Source: Octopus sinensis (lineage: Eukaryota). Taken from it: DNA of 64,000 bases. The stretch's first letter is position 1; each line of letters opens with the position of its first letter. A program made the position numbers and the translations under genes. The stretch spans positions 153,078,001-153,142,000 of the forward strand of contig NC_042999.1 of NCBI RefSeq assembly GCF_006345805.1, in the 5' to 3' direction. Below the pieces are notes generated by a model, which saw nothing but the letters and a program-made list of their open reading frames with translations, was not told where the DNA came from and searched no databases. Shown one piece after another: positions 24,657 to 36,819 of the stretch.

Positions 24657-25222
24657 TTGGGTTGTCCGGAAAGTTCGTGCCGATTTTTAAAGGAAAGAAA
24701 AAGGTCAATAAATACTTGCCATTACATTTTTAATCAACCAAATATGAACCATTTTGTTGCACAATGCGTCTTCATCTTTCTTTTAACTTGAAGTTACCCT
24801 TTTCCCAGAATTGAGGTGGTTTCATGGCAAAGAATTCATCATGATATCTTTTTACGTCATCCAAGGAATTGAAATTTTTACCCTTAAGACTATTTTACAG
24901 AGACCTGAATAAGTGACAATCCGAAGGAGCAATATCTGGTGAATATGGAGGGTGGGGTAACACATCCCAGCCGAGCTGCAGCAATTTTTGTCTGGTTCCC
25001 AAAGCATCAAGTGCCGAAAATGAACTTTCTTATCTTCCATTTTAAAGGGTTACAGAATTAACACAGGTTATAGGAACATAAACCTTCTTCCACGAAAAGA
25101 TAGCTTAAACTGTGCTCTAAATGGAAGTGTAGTCAAATCCTATTTTATGGACTCAACCATGTTCTAAAGTAAGTCGAAAGGTAAGCTACTATAAATTGGC
25201 ACGAACTTTCCGGACAACCCAA
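24657..25222 (-). mobile_element. Internally deleted mariner (non-autonomous)
   Basis: ~30-bp TIRs TTGGGTTGTCCGGAAAGTTCGTGCC, TA TSDs at 24655-56 and 25223-24. N-terminal [12 protein letters not shown] is joined to C-terminal [19 protein letters not shown]. Confidence 0.92.
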
Positions 25223-25679
25223 TAAAACGTACCGCTAGAAACTAAGTACGTTAGTATAAGACTCTTAGAAAACGGCATTTATTTCTGCGTTAGTCATCCC
25301 TGCGGTATTTGAAATCAGAACACTGAAGTACGAAACTAAAATGCATAGGTAGACACTTAGTACATTGGTCTGAATTAGTACAAGTCTAATTTGTAAAGAA
25401 AAATTATAGTCGATTAAATGTATAACTTCTATTTGTTTTATCGATTGAAGATGAAACGCAACGCCTGTTCCGGTGGGATTAGGTTGAAAAACTTGAGGCA
25501 TCCAAGCGGATACTTTGAAACCTCTAGCCTGTCGCACCACTGTTTGCAGCCAGAAAAATAAATACACATAAATGCGTGATAAAATAATATAAAATATGAA
25601 GTTTAATTTCGATAATAATTTAAGCTTTTAAAACCCTGATTGATTTTCATATAAATATTGGAAAATAAACATCAAGATC

Positions 25680-28486
25680 AATGTTTGATTTCGATGTAAA
25701 TAAATACTTCAAACATCGATTGATTAATAATGAAAAACCAGGGAAATCATTAAGTTTTCCCTCTTATAAAATAACTTTATTTAGTGAAATAAAATGAGAT
25801 TAAATAAAATGAGAGAAAATTAATACAAAACATTAACTAAAAGAATGATGAGATGAAACAACCATTTCTGGTTCTAGAAGCCTAAAAAAATATGATGAAT
25901 CTGAAAATATTGTTATTATTAGATTGATGAAAAGCCATAAATGGTAGCGTTGGCCAACAATCTGGTGCAATTCTGAAACACATTAAGCTCTAAAAACTCT
26001 GCTGTGTCGATTTAGCTTTTAATTTTACCCCCGATGTCAATAAAATAAGAAGCAGCCATCGAATGAATTAAACATCGGAGATGCTTTTACTCTACGCTTA
26101 AACTGCAGAGCTACTCAGTGAAATTACCAGTTCGTCTTCTGAATCAATCGCAGAGTCGAAAATCTTCTCTGTCATCAATAGGTATCTCAGGGTCACAAAC
26201 GTTTCGTCCCTTAAACTATACGTTTCGCTCCTTAACCTATACGTTTCGCTCCTTAACCTATACGTTTCGCTCCTTAACCTGTACGTTTCGCTCCTTAACC
26301 TATACGTTTCGCCCCTTAACCTATACGTTTCGCTCCTTAACCTATACGTTTCGCCCCTTAACCTATACGTTTCGCTCCTTAACCTATACGTTTCGCTCCT
26401 TAACCTATACGTTTCGCTCCTTAACCTATACGTTTCGCCCCTTAACCTATACGTTTCGCCCCTTAACCTATACGTTTCGCTCCTTAACCTATACGTTTCG
26501 CTCCTTAACCTATACGTTTCGCTCCTTAACCTATACGTTTCGCTCCTTAACCTATACGTTTCGCTCCTTAACCTATACGTTTCGCTCCTTAACCTATACG
26601 TTTCGCCCCTTAACCTATACATTTCGCTCCTTAACCTATATGTTTCGCCCCTTAAGCTATATGTTTCGCTCCTTAAGCTATACGTTTCGCTCCTTAACCT
26701 ATACGTTTCGCTCCTTAACTTACACGTTTCGCCCCTTAAGCTATACGTTTCGCCCCTTAACCTATGCGTTTCGCTCCTTAAGCTATAAGTTTCGCTCCTT
26801 AACCTATATGTTTCGCCCCTTAAGCTATATGTTTCGCTCCTTAGCCTATACGTTTTGCCCCATAACCTATATGTTTCGCCCCTTAAGCTATATGTTTCGC
26901 TCCTTAGCCTATACGTTTTGCCCCATAACCTATATGTTTCGCCCCTTAAGCTATATGTTTCGCTCCTTAGCCTATACGTTTTGCCCCATAACCTATATGT
27001 TTCGCCCCTTAAGCTATATGTTTCGCTCCTTAGCCTATACGTTTTGCCCCATAACCTATATGTTTCGCCCCTTAAGCTATATGTTTCGCTCCTTAGCCTA
27101 TACGTTTTGCCCCATAACCTAAATGTTTTGCCCCTTAAGCTATATGTTTCGCTCCTTAACCTATACATTTCGCTCCCTATCCTATACGTTTCTCTCCTTA
27201 ACCTATACGTTTTACTTTCCAATCTATAAGTTTCGCTCTTTAACCTATACGTTTTGGCTGAAATGGGGCAGCGAGGACTGAGTTGGTCTTTGCCTGCACG
27301 AATGCTCCCATACTGCAGTCTACTGTCAATCACAACCACCTTGGGCTGGTTTCAATTGCCAGATCTATCCCCTTGGTTGCTCCCTTCACTTGTCTACAAT
27401 CAAGTCATTAGTTTATATACATTTCTTTAAAAACTTGCCTTTGTACCAATGTGAGATCTTTGTATAACAATTTCTTCTACTGTAAACACAAGGCCTCAGA
27501 TTTTGGTTTGGGGGAGTCTGGTCGATTACATTGACCCCAGTGCTCAACTGGTTGTTATTTATCAATCCCCGAGGGATGAAAGGCAAAGTCGACCTCGGCG
27601 GTATTTGAACTCAGAAGGTAAAAATACATGAAATGCTGTTAAGCATTTTGTCCGATGCGCCAATGATTCTGCCAACTCGCTGCCTTAGGTCTCTGTAAAG
27701 TGATGCTTTCTAATTTTGGCACAAAGCAGTGTGGAATGATACATAATGATATTAATAAGACTGTAGTGAAGAATATTTCATTTAACACGGTTTTGTGTGT
27801 TTTGGGTAATTTATTCCATCTTGCGAAGTCTTTATGTACATCAGCAAATGTACCATTTGCTAGTCTAATGTAAGAGCGACCAGCGTCCAGTGACCATGAA
27901 CGGTAGTTCAGTAAACGTATCTGATGAAGCACAACGACGCACAAACACAAGGGGCCTACGGTTCGCTCATGACAGAGAAGATTTTCGACTCTGCGATTGA
28001 TTCAGAAGACGAACTGGTAATTTCACTGAGTAGCTCTGCAGTTTAAGCGTAGAGTAAAAGCATCTCCGATGTTTAATTCATTCGATGGCTGCTTCTTATT
28101 TTATTGACATCGGGGGTAAAATTAAAAGCTAAATCGACACAGCAGAGTTTTTAGAGCTTAATGTGTTTCAGAATTGCACCAGATTGTTGGCCAACGCTAC
28201 CATTTATGGCTTTCCATCAATCTAATAATAACAATATTTTCAGATTCATCATATTTTTTAGGCTTCTAGAACCAGAAATGGTTGTTTCACCTCATCATTC
28301 TTTTAGTTAATGTTTTGTATTAATTTTCTCTCATTTTTTCTCATTATTTCTTTCTAAAAGATTTAATCTCATTTTATTTCACTAAATGAAGTTATTTTAT
28401 GAGAGGGAAAACTTAATGATTTCCCTGGTTTTTCATTATTAATCAATCGATGTTTGAAGTATTTATTTACATCGAAATCAAACATT
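25680..28486. repeat. Long inverted repeat: arms 25680-26175 and 27969-28486, ~1.8-kb spacer
   Basis: Arms are reverse complements. By eye they differ by 4 transitions, one 1-bp indel and one ~22-bp indel. Confidence 0.95.
26196..27256. repeat. 21-bp minisatellite, ~50 units (CTATACGTTTCGCTCCTTAAC), with a 63-bp higher-order block
   Basis: Tandem units with no spacers. A 3-unit block is repeated 5 times at ~26820-27134. Produces the 413-aa and 334-aa repeat ORFs. Confidence 0.95.
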
Positions 28487-28487
28487 A

Positions 28488-28990
28488 GGGATGAGTCCTG
28501 AAGGAGAATTTCTTATCTGAGGACGACTTCTACAGCGTATCGTCTTGCTTTGTTCGAGTGTACACAAACATGTTAAAGATGGCAGTAATGCGCTCTAAGG
28601 TTCGCTGATGTCAATCATAGTTTTGGGGATGTGTCTATAAGGAGAATTTCTTCTCTAAGGGCGACTTCTACAGCATGTCGTCTCACTGTGTTCGAATGTA
28701 CACAAACATATCAAAGATGGCTGTACATAATTTCATTCCAAATCAGCTTGTTCCGATTTCGTTTCCAGCGCAGTTTTGTCAATTTTCGTTCTATTACATT
28801 ACACAGTGTCCACTTTTCCTTCACATTTACCCGTGTTTTGTTACACCGGACATATTCACTGCGATACAGTTCGATAAAATGGCGCCCAAGTTATCAAAAT
28901 GGATGGAGGACAATCTCGCGAGATGAAGCTATCTCCTTCAGATACTATGACGTCATGCAAATTCGAACCGGAAGTTTAGCCCTGAAATAG
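28488..28990. mobile_element. Probable DNA-transposon-derived fragment with ~138-bp internal tandem duplication
   Basis: GGGATG..AAGGAGAATTTCTT..GACTTCTACAGC..GTACACAAACAT at 28488 and 28626 (diverged). CpG-rich motif cluster at the right end. Termini not established. Confidence 0.45.
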
Positions 28991-29314
28991 CGATGGAAAT
29001 ATAGCGACAGACCACACATATTATCTATCAGGATATCAATTATGTTGGATAGTTTTAATGTTGTAACACACGGACTATTGATATTTGTATGGCGGATGTT
29101 ATACGTACAGTTATATATAACAACAACAACAACAACAACAACAGCAACAACAGCAGCAGCAGCAGCATCATTATCCTCGTCGACAGGATGATCTCATCAG
29201 AGAATGTATTAACTTAAAATGAAATATCACAAAATATCATTACTAGAGGAAACGCTACTCAGCGTAAAGTATTATTAGTCACGTGGGAAATAAGAGAATA
29301 AAAAAAAGCTTAAC

Positions 29315-29381
<67 letters not shown>

Positions 29382-29985
29382 GTAATAATTTCAATAGCAA
29401 CAAGGGCTAGTAAAATTATAGTAATCTACAAGAAAATCTATCTGTAAAAGTACCACAAGCTAATAGCATTTCTAAGTTGAATATCATTAGCCGCTAGCTA
29501 ATGATATTGAAGCTGAACTAATACAATATATGATCGTTAAGGCTGTAAACACGAACAAGAGTATATCCATGTAGAAATCGAAATGTTATGAGTCACATAA
29601 TTAATGTTAATTCAAAATTACTAATTAATTTAATTACAAAAACTCCCGGAGAATTATTGTCTACAGCTTGTATGTACCAAGAATGTATGCCTGTAATTGG
29701 CGTCGGTACTTTGGTGGGTAGGTATGCGTGTGCCTGTGTGTGTGTGTGTATTGTGTGTGTGTTTGTGTGTGTGTGTGTAGTATGTGCCGTGTTTTATCAC
29801 GTGTCCCTTTTTTGTTTCCATGTATGTACATTTGCATAAAAGCCGGTATGCTTGCATGAAAATGTGACGCTAGTTATGTGAGGCAAAATATATATACTTA
29901 GGTGTAATTGTATATAAGTATTAATACGTATTTATAAATTCATGCAAACATACATACATACATAAGCACACACTCACACATTCTA

Positions 29986-30052
<67 letters not shown>

Positions 30053-30320
30053 GTTAACATACACATGCTTATATAAATGCGAATATATATTCACATATTT
30101 GCTTGTCCGTGTAGGTATATATAATATATGTACACACACACACACCACACACACACACACAAATATGTATATATATATGTGTGTGTATGTGTGTGCACGT
30201 GTGTGTGTGTGCGTGTTTATATATGTTTTCACATACACATAGGTATATAATTACATAAGTATGTATATAAATACTTGTAAATATTTGCATACTTAAATCG
30301 ATAAACCAATAGATAGATAA

Positions 30321-30369
<49 letters not shown>

Positions 30370-30429
30370 GACAAACAAACAGATTATAGGACACAAGCTT
30401 CACAGATATATACTTAAGCATGAAGAAGG

Positions 30430-30850
30430 CTGAAAGCAGAAGTGACCTATCTGGCTGTTCTATCGTCCACACAAATCTTTGCTTATGAAACCTAACCAGC
30501 TATACATTAAACATATCTGCTTGAGAGCTTTCTTCAAACGAAACTGAAGCTATTTTGTACGTCCGGTACGATGACTGGGTTACACACAATAATTTCCTGG
30601 CACCAACAAAAACTAAGAGAATCCGACTCCTCATTGAAGAACATCAGCTCCGATATTCGGGTTATGTAACTAAGGCACTACATTACGTTCATTTAGCTGG
30701 TGCAACGAAATACCGCCATGGCTATCTTTCCCTTGTAAATCAAGTCTACTATACTTCTGCGTATAAAGGTTGTGGTCACGGCCCATTTTTAAAAGTCATT
30801 AAGACAGATATTACTACTAGCAAAATTGTTTCATTCAAATGCTTACTGCA
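30430..30850 (+). pseudogene. Decayed RTE/BovB-like LINE C-terminal fragment
   Basis: ..DWVTHNNFL..IRLLIEEHQLRYSGYV.. resembles the RTE 'QLRWSGHV' region. Confidence 0.55.
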
Positions 30851-30991
30851 CGGCAGCACACAGAAACGTCTGCACATCGGACGAAATGCTTAGGTGGCGT
30901 ATCTTCCGGCTGTTTATATTCTGAGTCCAAATCCGGCCGTGGTCAACTTTGCCTTTCATCCCCTCGGGAATTGATAATATGAAGTACCTAT

Positions 30992-31215
30992 TTCTTTACT
31001 ACCCACAAGGGGCTAAACACAGAGAGGACAAACAAGGACGGGCAAACGGATTAATTCGATTATATCGACCCCAGTGCGTAACTGGTACTTATTTAATCGA
31101 CCCCGAAAGGATTAAAGGTAAAGTCGACCTCGGCGGAATTTGAACTCAGAACGCAGTGGCAGACGAAATACTGCTAAGCATTTCTCCCGGTATGCTAACG
31201 TTTCTGCCAGCTACC
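30992..31215 (-). mobile_element. SINE-B
   Basis: Well-preserved copy, converging on the partial plus-strand copy at ~30885-30990. Confidence 0.85.
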
Positions 31216-31336
31216 AGCCAGTAATAGGGTCAATGCAATCAAGTTCCCCCTCCCCTCAAAAATCGCTGGCTTTGAAACCGGCAATAGACTGTCGACGGGT
31301 GTAAAGGGATTGCTCTGATTTTTTTCATTTATAATG

Positions 31337-31699
31337 CAGTGCTGGATTGACCAATAAGTAAAGTAAGAAATGGTTACTGGTTTACGGCACAAAAGAAATC
31401 ACTTCAAACTTGTCTTATCTCTACTAAGTATAGAAGTAGATGTGTTACGTGAGATTAATTCCGAGGATCTGATCAAAGACTTTGCACTTAAAAAAGAAGT
31501 AAAACACTTCACAAAGATAAATAACATGGAAGTATACAAAAATAAACATTTTCCATCTTCCTGTCAGCTTTGTCGCATTTCAAAAAATAAAAACTTCACT
31601 TTATGGTTTATTATTGTTTATCTTTTTTAATGGGCTATATAAGGAGGCACCAAAATCTTTTAAGTGCTTCGGTCTTCTACGGATCTTAATCCGGCCCAG
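31337..31699 (+). mobile_element. Deleted hAT element
   Basis: Imperfect TIRs CAGTGCTGGATT / AATCCGGCCCAG. Internal LSLLSIEVDVLREINSEDLIKDFALKK resembles the end of the hAT dimerisation domain. TSD not convincing. Confidence 0.55.
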
Positions 31700-31762
31700 T
31701 ATATATGCCAGGGAAACCAGGTAACAGACCTTGAGCTGAAGTAAAAAATGTTTATTATAGGC

Positions 31763-32112
31763 TCAGGAGTGGCTGTGTGGTAAGTAGCTTGCTTACCAAC
31801 CACATGGTTCCAGGTTCATTCCCACTGCGTGGCACCTTGGGCAAGTGTCTTCTATTTTAGCCTCGGGCCGACCGAAGCCTTGTGAGTGGATTTGGTAGAC
31901 GGAAACTGAAAGAAGCCAGTCGTATATATACATGTGTGTGTGTGTGTGTGGTGTGTGTATCTGTCTGTCCCCCCCCACACTCGCTTGACAACCGATGTTG
32001 GTGTGTTCATATCCACGTAACTTAGCGTAATAAGTCCTGGGGTCGATTTGTTCGACTAAAGGCCTTGCTCCAGTATGGCCACAGTCAAATGACTGAAACA
32101 AGTAAAAGAATA
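31763..32112 (+). mobile_element. Full-length SINE-A
   Basis: Head-to-tail match to the 16142 copy. Confidence 0.85.
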
Positions 32113-32989
32113 AAGACTATATCGGATCCTAAAGATAACGAACACACTTACACGCATACAGAAAAAATTATTGAAGACAAATTTCACTTAAGAGAATTAA
32201 TTTGTTATCATTTTAAAATTACAATAATAATTTACTTAAAAACTTTAATCGATATTAAGTTTCCATATGTTTCGATTTACATATATTTTGCAACAAAAAC
32301 TAACACTGAATCGGAAAATAAATTGAAAACATATTTCGCCAAAAAAATATTTTGTTCATATTAAAAGGAATAATCGATAATAATTTTTGATGTAATCTTA
32401 TTAATATTTTTTTTATAAATAACAATTTTTCTGAGTTATTTATCGACGTATTTCTTCCGATGTATTTGATATGGGCTAAAATGATTCCGATCAAATGTGT
32501 TTTGGAAAAATTTACGGTATCCTGTTGTGCCTAGGGAGAGTCATTTTCTTTTTGTGCCTTATAATGTAACACACTCACCGGTAAAATTTCGACTTCTTAT
32601 TTTTATTTTTCTAAAATTTTTGTTGCGTCTTGCAACCCTTTCAATAGTCTTGCCTCTGTCCGTTATTTACACTGCGTTCCTTTTTGTTTGTTTGTGTGCA
32701 TGTGTGTAAGTCCGTGTGTGTGTGTGTGTTGTGTGTGTGTGTGTGGTGTGTGTGTGTGGTGTGTGTGTGTGTGGTGTGTGAGTGTGCCTATGCACGCATG
32801 TACGTAAGTATGTATGTGTGTGTGTATGTACGTATGTATGCATGTGTATTTTATTCTTTTATACGTTTCAGTCCTAGGGCTGTGGCCAGTGATACACACA
32901 CACACACATACACGTGTGAGGGATTCAATCTTACCGCTGACTTGGAGCGTTCGCGCACAATTGTTTTAGAAGGCTGTTACATGAACAGC

Positions 32990-33205
32990 TTTCTCAGGTA
33001 GCCAGTCAACAAATATGCTGGTGGATGGAAACCACTCCTTGTGCAGGTATAGAGATGAAAGTTTGCCTACTGTGGTCACATATCCTGCCATAACTCCCTG
33101 ACCAAAACTATTCTTCGGGGCACATTTGAGAGAGGGCAAAAGAGAGGCGGACTGAGTAAAGTCCTGATTTGGCAACATCAAAGACTGGACAGGTGACAAG
33201 ATTGC
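32990..33205 (+). pseudogene. Decayed RTE-like LINE C-terminal fragment
   Basis: YCGHISCHNSLTKTILRGTFERGQKRGG, then GNIKDWTG after a frameshift. Confidence 0.65.
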
Positions 33206-33215
33206 AAAGCTGTGA

Positions 33216-33430
33216 AAGGTGGCGAGCTGGCAGAAATGCTTTGCGGTATTTCGTCTGCTGTTACGTTCTGAGTTCAGATTCCGCCGAGGTCGACTTTGCC
33301 TTTCATTCTTTCGGGGTCGCTTAAATAAATATCAGTTACGCACTGGGTCGATATAATCGACTTAATCCGTTTGTCTGTTCTTTTTTGTCCTCTCTGTGTT
33401 TAACCCTTTGTGGGCAATAAAGAAATAAGA
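33216..33430 (+). mobile_element. SINE-B
   Basis: Ends TTGTCCTCTCTGTGTTTAACCCTTTGTGGGCAATAAAGAAATA. Confidence 0.85.
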
Positions 33431-33997
33431 TTGCAAACCTGCTCGGAATGCTATAATTGTATGTATGTATGTATGTATACGAAAATTATTGTTTCTTGCT
33501 ACTTGGGAAATATGCCTCCATGCACATTTGCACATGTACGTCTATGCATGTATGTTTGTGTATATTGGTATATTCAAAAGTAAGTATCTGGGTATATATA
33601 CACATATGTATGTGTATATATATCTATGTATATATATCTATATTGAGTGAGAAAACGGTATGGACGATTTTTTGGTGTCCAATAATACCCTGTACGCCTA
33701 TTTGATTATGAAGATTTACAAACATACTTTCCCAGTGATACACGGTTTACCTACCATTATAAATAATACCAAATGTTCTTTCTCAAACCTTTCATAATGT
33801 GATACAAGTCTTTGGTGTAGCAATTGCATGCGGCTGAAGAGGGCTTTTAAACTATCTGTTATGTCGATTATGCATTGATGTAAGAATAAGTTGTTCTATA
33901 AAGCTCGAAACATATGTACCGCGACATCCTTTGTGTCCTGTTTTTCATTTTATTTCATTTGATACATATATGTATATATATCTGTATCTATCTATAT

Positions 33998-34125
33998 AGT
34001 TCTGTGGAAGAGCATAGGCTCGATCCGTTAAAAAAGTTTTCACTTCCCGAGCGTTATACTAATACATCTGTTTGTTGTCTACACCGCCTGTCTTCGTCTT
34101 TTGCTTTTTTGTGAAATCTTCTCTG
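33998..34125 (+). mobile_element. HHR family B, copy 2 (degraded)
   Basis: CTGTGGA-A-GAGC(ATAG)GCTC-GATCCGTT; downstream body matches 262-425. Confidence 0.65.
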
Positions 34126-34509
34126 ATATATATCTGTATGTGTGTATAAGTATATGACAGTGTGTGTATATGTTTGTACATATAATGCACAGAATAGCTA
34201 ACGTTAGTTGTGTAAAGTTAATTTTGTCTCGTCACATTTTAAGTGCTTAATACCACCTCTGCTCTTCTCACACTTAATACCCGGCAATAATTAAACTGTT
34301 AATTCTAAAAATCTCAAAACAAATTAATATATATCCCTTAATGCTGTCTACCCATTTAATACCACCCCAAAACCAGAGCAATAAATCTTTTTCGATTATA
34401 CTCTGTTCCTGTCACTACCTCGTAATGTATTTATACTACCCTGGACACCCCATTACCACTCTGGTGCACTTTCACGAACCCATACATAGTTCACTGTGTC
34501 CTACATTAC

Positions 34510-34704
34510 TTCCAAACCACATGGTTCCGGGTTCAGTCCCACTGTGTGGCACCTTGGGCAAGTGTGTTCTACTATAGCGTCATGCCGGCCGAAGTCTTCT
34601 GAGTGGAATTTGGTCGAGGGGAAACCGAGAGAGAGAAGCCCGTCGTATATAACGTTGGTGTGTATGTATATTATAATATATGTATATATGTATAATATAT
34701 TATA

Positions 34705-34780
<76 letters not shown>

Positions 34781-36628
34781 TGTGTGGTGTGTGTATATAA
34801 AAATTGGACAAAAACGCAAAACATCCAGACAGCTAGGTAATACGAAAAAGCGACATATATGTATGTAAAAAGTCGAATTAAATTCGTCCTTTAATTTGGG
34901 GGATTCCCAAAAAGATTTCTAATATAGATTCTTCATATTTTGCTGGTAGCTTATTGGCGTAAGTATGCGAATATGAACATAATATTTGTATATGGTGTGT
35001 TATGTGAATTATGGAAACAAATCCCATAAAACTCAACAAATATGTTAGAAGTGGAGACGAGATGTTGGAAGGTAAGAGAATTCTCTTATATTTCAACATC
35101 TCTTCTCCATTAAAAAAAAATTTACTGAGTTTTATGGGATTCCTTTCCATAAATTAACAACACACCATATATGTATATATGTGTGCGTGTGTGTGATAAT
35201 CTCCCATCACCGCTTGACAACCGGTATTGGTCTGTTTGTTTCCGTAACATAGCGGTTCTGCAAAAGAGATTAGCACAATAAGTGCCAGGTTTAAAAAAAC
35301 AAGTACTTGGGTCGACTAAAATTCATTCGACTAAAATTCTTCAAGGTTGTGCCCCAGCATGGCCGCAATCAAATTACTGAAACAAATAAAAGAATAAAAG
35401 TAAACCTCATTTGACTGGTTGACATTTATAGTCTATGCAACTTTATTCCCCCCACGGTCGCCACAAACAAATCCTCTGACCACAAGTACGAGGATGATTG
35501 TCTGAATATCGATAAGCATTCTCGTACACCCATGCTAACCTATGAAAAAATACAACCTATACATGACTCCATATCAGTCCACAGTCATGTGACACAGCAT
35601 CTCCATGTTTCACTGAGTTACCCCTTCCAGTATTAAATATCGCCTCTGCTGTTTTTTTTTTTAGCATTTCGTAATCTGTAGATTCCTGACTGCAATGAAA
35701 TTATTATTTACAGCAGAGATTTTATGATCCGCATTTAGATATTTAAATTTGTCCACATTGAGTTCCTTCTCTCTGCCTCTCTGTCCCTGTCTCTGCCTGT
35801 CTCTCTCTCTCTCTCGCCCTGTATATGTGTATATGGGAGTCGACGTAATCAACTTATTCCCTCCCCCGAAATTGCTGGCCCAAATTTGAAAACAGTATAG
35901 CTATTGGAGGATGATAGAAGCTGTATTACGTTGGTTAAGGTACTTAGTTACGTCCCTTTATTTTTGATATACAAATTTTAACAGAGGTCTCTTTGCTTTT
36001 CATTTCTCCAATGGTTAGTAGACTGTAAAATAATTTCTGATTAAATACGAAATCAAGTATTAAGTGATTGGTTCCTCACCCGTAAACTCGCGTGTTTGTT
36101 GCCCGTGTTTTTCGAACACACTACAACTGTCAGTTTCACCGTTTATTCAATAATCAAGTTTAAATAGTCATCATCATCTTGTTGAGCTTCCTCGGATATT
36201 TTTAACTCCGGCACGTCATCCATCTCAGTCCAGCACTAGTTGAGGAGGTCTTTGGGGGAGACATCCAGTGTTTCTGGTGAATTTAATTACATATGTTGTG
36301 TTCGGATGACCTGCTGGAGTACGGCCTTGCCTAGGCATCCACAGCAGTAGGTCACTTGCCAGCTTGTTTAGCTCGCCTGTTTTGCAAAGCGCAATGTTCC
36401 GCAAAGCTCTTAGCTTAGTTTTTCCTTGGAGCTGGCCAGATTGGAGCAGTCTCGAGTATAGCTAGCCCAAATTGCAAAGATAATCTGGAACTCGACTGAG
36501 GAAAGAAAACTCCGAATGACCCGTCCTTGTTTTCCTTGTTTCGTCTATCTGGATGTTTTGTTGTCCTTTTTTTGTATCACCAAACTGTCTGGATGCTTGC
36601 ATTCTTGGCCCATTTTGTCCATATATAT

Positions 36629-36666
<38 letters not shown>

Positions 36667-36785
36667 ATATATATATATTATACATCTATCTATCATCTAT
36701 CTATCATCTATCTATCTATCTATCTATATCATACATACATACATATGTATACACACATATGTCTGTATGTATATATATATGTGTG

Positions 36786-36819
<34 letters not shown>

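Noticed and set aside
25265-25567. 100-aa minus ORF (..RQARGFKVSAWMPQVFQPNPTG..) as a host exon
   Set aside because: No canonical donor and no recognisable domain.
26196-27256. CRISPR-like array
   Set aside because: Head-to-tail repeats with no unique spacers, no cas genes, eukaryotic context.
26098-27339. 413-aa (ETYRLRS)n ORF and the antisense 334-aa ORF as real proteins
   Set aside because: The openness follows from a stop-free 21-bp unit. The long ORF starts at GTG, both strands are open, and there are no splice or domain signals.
27921-27950. CTGATGA here and at 5808-5814 (minus) as hammerhead cores
   Set aside because: No downstream GAAA or closing stems.
27955-27968. CCTACGGTTCGCTC resembling the minisatellite unit at the inner edge of the right arm
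   Set aside because: Only an 11/12 match, and in the wrong orientation to be explained by the inverted duplication, so it may be chance.
36490-36530. Family D CTGAGGA...GAATGACCCGTC as a bona fide hammerhead
   Set aside because: Lacks GAAA and stem I, so it is kept only as a possible conserved structure.
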